59,926 bases of DNA from an uncultured virus (IMG/VR IMGVR_UViG_3300025671_000040) (taxonomy: Duplodnaviria; Heunggongvirae; Uroviricota; Caudoviricetes), in IMG/VR virus record IMGVR_UViG_3300025671_000040. One strand, written 5' to 3'. Positions within the stretch are counted from its first letter, which is position 1; each line of letters begins with the position of its first letter. The notes under the pieces were generated by a model, which did not search any database, had not been told where the DNA came from, and saw only the letters and a program-made list of their open reading frames with translations. Shown here piece after piece: positions 54,577 through 59,926 of the stretch. The position numbers and the translations under genes are program-made.

Positions 54577-55608
54577 ATGAGCAAGCGAGTACTACTAACC
54601 GGTGGCCTAGGTTTCATCGGATCACACACCGTTGAACATTGGCTGAAGAACACCGACTGGGACATTGTAGTAATGGACGCCTTGCGGTTCTCAGGCCGTA
54701 TTGAAAGGTTAACTGACATGGACGGCTACGACCCGAAACGGGTAGAAGTCGTCTGGCATGACCTTCGATCACCAGTGCACTCCCAGCTCATCGAAAAGCT
54801 AGGTGACATCGACTACATAGTAAATATGGCATCGGACTCTCACGTAGACCGGTCCATCACTCACCCGGTTGACTTTGTACAAAACAACGTAAACCTCGTT
54901 CTCAACATGTTAGAGTACGCCCGTTACGTTGAGCCAGAAAAGTTTATTCAAGTATCAACCGATGAAGTGTACGGCCCCGCCCCGCTAGGGCACGACCATG
55001 TTGAAGGGGAACCACACCGCCCCTCCAACCCGTACTCGGCATCTAAGGCGGCGCAGGAAGCAATCGCCTACTCTTACTGGCGCACCTACGGTGTCCCAAT
55101 CACTATCACCAACACCATGAACAACTTTGGTGAACGTCAGCACCCCGAGAAGTATGTGCCGATGGTGATCCGTCGAATCGTCAACAACGAAACCATTCAC
55201 GTCCACGGACGCCCCGGAGACGGCGACGAGTGGGCATGGGACATTGGATCAAGAGTGTGGCTCCACGCACGAAACCACGCCGATGCCGTTCAGTACCTGT
55301 TGGAAAACGTAGACCCCATAATGTACAGCGACGCTGAATTCACACCGGACATTCAGCGATTCAACGTTGCAGGTGAGCAGGAGATCAACAACCTAGAGAT
55401 CGTAAAGATGATCGGTGATATTCTTAATACCACACCAAAGTACGAGATGGTAGATTACCACACCAGCCGTCCCGGTCATGACCTGCGCTACTCTCTAGAC
55501 GGCAGCAAGCTCAAGGAGCACGGCTGGACCGCTCCGATCGGGCTAGAAGAATCATTCAAGCGAACTGTGCTCTGGACCATGGCGCACAAGGAGTGGCTAA
55601 CCGAATGA
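54577..55608 (+). CDS. rmlB: dTDP-glucose 4,6-dehydratase (extended SDR)
   Basis: TGGLGFIGS, SHVDRSI, VSTDEVYG, PYSASKA, RPGHDLRYSLD. Confidence 0.88.
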   Translation: MSKRVLLTGGLGFIGSHTVEHWLKNTDWDIVVMDALRFSGRIERLTDMDGYDPKRVEVVWHDLRSPVHSQLIEKLGDIDYIVNMASDSHVDRSITHPVDFVQNNVNLVLNMLEYARYVEPEKFIQVSTDEVYGPAPLGHDHVEGEPHRPSNPYSASKAAQEAIAYSYWRTYGVPITITNTMNNFGERQHPEKYVPMVIRRIVNNETIHVHGRPGDGDEWAWDIGSRVWLHARNHADAVQYLLENVDPIMYSDAEFTPDIQRFNVAGEQEINNLEIVKMIGDILNTTPKYEMVDYHTSRPGHDLRYSLDGSKLKEHGWTAPIGLEESFKRTVLWTMAHKEWLTE

Positions 55609-56282
55609 CGGAAATCCCGATCCTAGACAACGGGTTCATCCGTCTTGACGCAGCCTGCGCCGACGACCTAAGCGTAGTCAACGCCGCACGAGTCAGCTTC
55701 GGAATCCAAACCGAACAACTCAGCGAACGAGACAAGGGCCTCATCGGTTTCCTGATGCGAGAAAAGCACGGAACCCCGTTTGAACACAACTTCTTCAGGT
55801 TCCACATCAAGGCACCCATCTTCGTAGTGCGAGAATGGTTCCGTCACCGCATCGGCTGGTCCTACAACGAATACTCGGGCCGGTACTCCCAGATGACGAC
55901 TGAAGCGTATATTCCTGACGCAGAACAAATGCGGACACAGGTAGGAAAGCCCGGAGCGTACACATTCGAGCCGATGGACGACTACAAGCCTTCCATGGAG
56001 CAAATCAAGACCGCCTACAACAGAAGCTTTTACGCATATGAGAAGCTCCTAGAAGAAGGCGTGGCAAAAGAAGTAGCACGCATGGTACTCCCAGTAGCTA
56101 CCTACAGTGAGTTCTACGCCACGACCAACGCACGGGCACTGATGAACTTCATCAACCTCCGAGGTGACGAAACCGCTCAATGGGAAATCCGTCAGTACGC
56201 AGACGGGCTAGAACAATTCTTCCAAGCAGCCATGCCTATCACATACGGCCACTTTATCGACAATGGGCGAGTAGCCCCTTAA
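55605..56282 (+). CDS. thyX: FAD-dependent thymidylate synthase
   Basis: NAARVS, HGTPFEH, EWFRHR..SYNEYSGRY, EVARMVLP, AQWEIR. Confidence 0.95.
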   Translation: MTEIPILDNGFIRLDAACADDLSVVNAARVSFGIQTEQLSERDKGLIGFLMREKHGTPFEHNFFRFHIKAPIFVVREWFRHRIGWSYNEYSGRYSQMTTEAYIPDAEQMRTQVGKPGAYTFEPMDDYKPSMEQIKTAYNRSFYAYEKLLEEGVAKEVARMVLPVATYSEFYATTNARALMNFINLRGDETAQWEIRQYADGLEQFFQAAMPITYGHFIDNGRVAP

Positions 56283-56419
56283 GACACAAGCTGAGAAACG
56301 TCAAAAGGTTTACTAGACAAACCGGAGCGCAGCAAATACGCCGCCTTCTCCCAAAACACATCAGGAGAACACTGCTCAATCAAAAACAAAGATGCAATAA
56401 TACGATCCTTATCAGTCAT
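56279..56419 (-). CDS. Small hypothetical protein (46 aa)
   Basis: MTDKDRIIASLFLIEQCSPDVFWEKAAYLLRSG...; TATGCT-6-ATG. Confidence 0.45.
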   Translation of the reverse strand: MTDKDRIIASLFLIEQCSPDVFWEKAAYLLRSGLSSKPFDVSQLVS

Positions 56420-56496
56420 ACAAATAGCATAAACTCAACGAGTAACAACACTCAATAAAAACAGTGCTATAATAAACACCGACTCAAGGAACGGCC

Positions 56497-56628
56497 ATGA
56501 ACGACACAATGATCACATACAGATGCGAAAAATGCGACATCTCAATAGGTGGGCCTCCCGGCGCAAAAGCAACATGCCCCAAAGGTCACAAGATGCCGCC
56601 ACAAAAAAAGGAAAAAGAAAATGGCTAA
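56497..56628 (+). CDS. Small zinc-ribbon protein (43 aa)
   Basis: YRCEKC..TCPKGHKM; SD AAGGA. Confidence 0.55.
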   Translation: MNDTMITYRCEKCDISIGGPPGAKATCPKGHKMPPQKKEKENG

Positions 56629-56755
56629 GCTAGGAAGCAACACATACAATCCGAAGAACATCAGCCGAAAAGGGCAGCACTCAAAAAACAAGCAGTCCCG
56701 AAACAAGAATTCCAAACACTACAGCAAACGCTACAGAGGGCAAGGACGCCCATAA
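56621..56755 (+). CDS. Small basic protein ending YRGQGRP
   Basis: K/R/N-rich 44 aa; overlaps the upstream stop; followed by a terminator. Confidence 0.55.
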   Translation: MAKLGSNTYNPKNISRKGQHSKNKQSRNKNSKHYSKRYRGQGRP

Positions 56756-56759
56756 AGAC

Positions 56760-56788
56760 AAAACCCTCCCCTAAGCGGGAGGGTTTTT
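56760..56788 (+). terminator. Intrinsic terminator
   Basis: AAACCCTCCC-CTAAGC-GGGAGGGTTTTT. Confidence 0.8.
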
Positions 56789-56960
56789 CTGTTTACACCT
56801 AACCACGTCATCACGCTTCTTACCCGCCTTCTTAAAACCCTTACTCACCTCCCCCTGCGAACCCTTCATAACTTTGAAACGTTTAACATAACCAGAAGAA
56901 GTATGATTACGGTAGCTCACAGACAAAAACTCCTATCAAAAAGTGTAGTAAGATACAACT

Positions 56961-57233
56961 ATGGTACCTACACAAACAACACCCCAAACAAACAAACCAC
57001 CAAAAACCGGTGAAATAGCGTGGATAGGATTAATCGCATACATCGCCGCATACGACATCGTTGCGATGAAAACCAAAAACCCTACCCTGTCCGCAGCGTT
57101 CTACAAATTCTCCCAATCAAAAATTGGGCAACCAGCCCTCATCACCTTCTGGTTCTACCTCACCGCACACCTCTTCCGATGGATACCAAAACGCTACGAC
57201 CTTTTCAGACAAACGTTCGAAACCACACCTTGA
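56961..57233 (+). CDS. Small membrane protein
   Basis: AWIGLIAYIAAYD..TLS..YLTAHL..P.RYDLF; TAAGAT-6-ATG. Confidence 0.65.
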   Translation: MVPTQTTPQTNKPPKTGEIAWIGLIAYIAAYDIVAMKTKNPTLSAAFYKFSQSKIGQPALITFWFYLTAHLFRWIPKRYDLFRQTFETTP

Positions 57234-57264
57234 CAAAAAGCACACCCCCACCTATCATAGAAAC

Positions 57265-57579
57265 ATGCTCAAGTACAAGAAGATCCTTAAAGAACTAGAA
57301 GAAATCTACCCCGACACGATGATCGCAGACGGACTAGACGAAGCCCTCATCGGCATAACCGAACGAAAAGGCCACACCATCGCCGTCTACGAAAAAGCCG
57401 CCGTACACCAAATCCTGACCAACGACGGCCTCACCGACGACGAAGCCATCGAATACGCAGAATTCAACATCTACTGTGCGTGGATAGGCGAAGGAACACC
57501 AATGTACGTAGACACCTTCGCATGGCACAAACACAACCCCCTACCACCCGTACTCCCCGAAGACATGTACGAACTCTAA
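57265..57579 (+). CDS. Conserved phage hypothetical protein
   Basis: ADGLDEALIG..AVY..EAIEYAEFNI..AWIGEGTP; TTGACA-17-TATCAT-6-ATG. Confidence 0.75.
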   Translation: MLKYKKILKELEEIYPDTMIADGLDEALIGITERKGHTIAVYEKAAVHQILTNDGLTDDEAIEYAEFNIYCAWIGEGTPMYVDTFAWHKHNPLPPVLPEDMYEL

Positions 57580-57580
57580 C

Positions 57581-57745
57581 ATGACCGAAAAAGACCACAA
57601 CTGGGCAGTCCTAGACCCCCACGAACGATTCGTACTCTACAGCGGAACCAAACACGACTGCCAATACATCATCAACCACTCCAACACCCTCCTCCTCCTA
57701 CTCCCAACCGAAGAAGCAATCCAATACATCAAAAACACAACATGA
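57581..57745 (+). CDS. Small hypothetical protein (54 aa)
   Basis: Fills the gap; ATGA overlap with the helicase. Confidence 0.5.
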   Translation: MTEKDHNWAVLDPHERFVLYSGTKHDCQYIINHSNTLLLLLPTEEAIQYIKNTT

Positions 57746-59631
57746 AAAAACTCTACCTAGAAAACAACAAACTCATCCTCAAAACCCCCTACGACCAAAA
57801 CGAAATCGACGCGCTCAAAAACAGCTTCCCCCACGCCCGATGGGACAAACTCAACAAACACTGGACCCTACCCATCGCCAACCTCAAACGCTCAATCCGA
57901 TTCGCCAACGACTGGAACATCACCATAGACGACCAACTCCTCCACATCACCATGCCCGACCACCCAATCGGAGAAACAAACATCACCCTCAACAACGACA
58001 CAATCCAAATCACCATCCCCTACGACCCCGTACCCGTCAACCAACTCAAAACCATCCCCGGCACCAAATGGAACCCAACCACCAAAAAATGGCACGCCCC
58101 AACCACCTCACTCCCCGACATCATCAAATGGGCCAACCACCACCACATCCCCATCCCCGACCACATCCAACAACAACACGAAATCGAAACCAAAAAACAA
58201 CAACACCACCACACCCTCGCACACGCCACAACCGCCAACATCAACATCCCAACCCTCCAACTCGAACTCTACCCATACCAAAAAGCAGGCGTCGCCTACG
58301 CCACCGAAAAACAACGCACCTTCATCGCAGACGAAATGGGCCTCGGCAAATCACTCCAAGCCCTCGCAACCACAGAACACACAAACCAATACCCCGCCCT
58401 CATCATCTGCCCAACCAGCCTCACCGAAGACTGGAAAACAAAAATCCAACAAGCCCTACCCCACCGCACCACCCAAACCATCCAAGGCCGCAAAACCCCC
58501 ACACTGACCAAAACCGACTACACCATCATCGGCTACCCCAACATCCACACCCAAAAACAACACCTCAAAAACCAAAAACACCAAACCCTCATCCTAGACG
58601 AATCCCACTACTGCAAAAACCCCGACGCACAACGCACCAAAGCCGCCAAACACATCGCAAAAACCATCCCCACAAACGGCAACATCCTCCTCCTCACCGG
58701 CACACCAATCACCAACATGCCAGCCGAATACGCCCCACAACTCGAAATCCTCGGACACATCGACAAATTCGGAGGCCGCTGGAACTTCTACAAACGATAC
58801 TGCGGCGCATACAAAGACAACTGGGGACACTGGCAAACCCACGGAGCCACCAACACCACCGAACTCCGAAACAAACTCCAAACCCTCTGCTACATCCGCA
58901 GAGAAAAACAACACGTCCTCACCGACCTCCCACCAATCACCTACAACACCATCCACACCACAATGGACAAAAAACACCAAACCATGTACAACCACGCCCT
59001 CAACAACCTACAACAATGGTACACACAACAACAAGAACAACTAGCCCAACAAGAAGGCACCAACCCAACCGCCGCCCGAATCCGAGCACACTACGCCACC
59101 CAAAACCACGAAACCCTCATCCAACTCACAGAACTCAGAAAAATCACCGCCCAATCCAAAATACCCCACGCCCTAGAATGGATCCAAAACGCCAACAACT
59201 CCGGCCAAAAAATCGTAATCGCAGCACACCACCGCCACATAGTACAAACCCTAGCCAACGAACTCAACGCCCCAATGATCATCGGAGGCCAAACCCCCCA
59301 AACAACCGAAAACGCCAAACAAGAATTCATGAATAACACAAACTGCCAAAACATCATCATCTCAATAGACGCAGCCGCACACGGACACACCCTCACCGCC
59401 TCCAACAACATGCTATTCCTCGAAGCACCCTGGACCCCCGCCAAATACCACCAAACCTGCGCCCGAATCCACCGAATCGGACAAACCAAACCCGCCACCA
59501 TCCACAACCTCATCAACCCCACCACAATCGACACCCACATCCACAACACACTCCACAACAAAACCCAAAAAACACAACCAGCCATCACCCCCACCCAAAT
59601 ACAAAACATCCTCAACACCAAACCCACATAA
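57742..59631 (+). CDS. SNF2-family helicase, SMARCAL1/HARP-like, with two N-terminal HARP-like repeats
   Basis: LYPYQ, ADEMGLGKS, ILDESH, LTGTP, WTP, RIHRIGQ; repeats PYD..LK..P..RWD..K.W and PYD..LK.IPG.KWNP..K.W. Confidence 0.9.
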   Translation: MKKLYLENNKLILKTPYDQNEIDALKNSFPHARWDKLNKHWTLPIANLKRSIRFANDWNITIDDQLLHITMPDHPIGETNITLNNDTIQITIPYDPVPVNQLKTIPGTKWNPTTKKWHAPTTSLPDIIKWANHHHIPIPDHIQQQHEIETKKQQHHHTLAHATTANINIPTLQLELYPYQKAGVAYATEKQRTFIADEMGLGKSLQALATTEHTNQYPALIICPTSLTEDWKTKIQQALPHRTTQTIQGRKTPTLTKTDYTIIGYPNIHTQKQHLKNQKHQTLILDESHYCKNPDAQRTKAAKHIAKTIPTNGNILLLTGTPITNMPAEYAPQLEILGHIDKFGGRWNFYKRYCGAYKDNWGHWQTHGATNTTELRNKLQTLCYIRREKQHVLTDLPPITYNTIHTTMDKKHQTMYNHALNNLQQWYTQQQEQLAQQEGTNPTAARIRAHYATQNHETLIQLTELRKITAQSKIPHALEWIQNANNSGQKIVIAAHHRHIVQTLANELNAPMIIGGQTPQTTENAKQEFMNNTNCQNIIISIDAAAHGHTLTASNNMLFLEAPWTPAKYHQTCARIHRIGQTKPATIHNLINPTTIDTHIHNTLHNKTQKTQPAITPTQIQNILNTKPT

Positions 59632-59709
59632 TACAAACCAACAAACACCCAAAACACCAACACACAACTCGCGCCCGTGTGGGGGTGCGTCGAAAAAGTT
59701 CGGCATGTC

Positions 59710-59723
59710 CGAACATGTGTTCG
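59710..59723. promoter_or_regulatory. LexA (SOS) box, Gram-positive/actinobacterial type
   Basis: CGAAC-ATGT-GTTCG. Confidence 0.6.
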
Positions 59724-59742
59724 GTGTGGGTGCGTGTGGGTG

Positions 59743-59926
59743 CGCTCTCTCCGTCCCTCCCTCGCTCCCTCGCTCCCTCTCTGACTCTCTCCGGCTCTCG
59801 CTCTCCGTCGCTCTCCGGCTCCCTCCGTCGCTCTCCGCCCCTCTCCGGCTCCCTCCGTCCCTCTGTCGCTCTCCGACTCCCTCTCCGGCTCTCCGCCCCT
59901 CCCTCGCTCCCTCCGTCCCTCTCCGC
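59743..59926. repeat. Pyrimidine-rich degenerate short-unit repeat array, continuing past the window end
   Basis: Recurrent ctctccggct, ccctccgtc and cgctctcc units; almost no A on the + strand. Confidence 0.8.

Noticed and set aside
57840..59336. 498-aa overlapping +1-frame ORF and several antisense ORFs within the helicase
   Set aside because: Explained by extreme T depletion removing stop codons; the product is P/H/R/Q low-complexity with no motifs.
1..59926. tRNA/rRNA genes, integrase, introns or inteins in nrdJ, terL, recA and primase, or alternative genetic code
   Set aside because: No cloverleaf or integrase motifs were seen by eye, those genes are of normal length and uninterrupted, and all three stop codons end genes normally. 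tRNAscan-SE/Infernal were not run.

Overview
This is a ~60 kb segment of a large tailed dsDNA bacteriophage (Caudoviricetes, HK97-type head). The host is probably Actinomycetota, inferred from WhiB, a CGAAC-N4-GTTCG LexA box and many leaderless sigma-A promoters. 1-29.7 kb (minus strand) is a greatly expanded head/virion module: portal, prohead protease, about 12 kb of multidomain cargo-like proteins, major capsid protein, class II RNR and head-tail connectors. It ends in a >1781-aa ORF that runs off the window edge and is missing from the ORF track; by hand translation it carries zincin (HEAVH), DEDDh exonuclease and ADP-ribosyltransferase-like domains. terL points away from the portal gene. 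31-41.8 kb (minus) encodes DUF932, MazG, ParB/PAPS-reductase/ParB, a methyltransferase, NinG, PhyH, HNH, a glycosyltransferase, a RecB-like nuclease, a Rad52-like protein and WhiB. 41.9-56.3 kb holds a candidate structured ncRNA, a NodS/NodB/PhyH/GT2 cassette, recA, holin-like genes, a Thr-rich exported protein, tdk, ssb, primase-helicase, rmlB and thyX. The right end has an SNF2/HARP-like helicase with extreme A/C strand bias, a LexA box and CT-rich repeats. No tRNA, rRNA, CRISPR array, integrase, DNA polymerase or tail tube/tape-measure gene was recognised. All family calls are by-eye motif recognition and have not been checked by database search.
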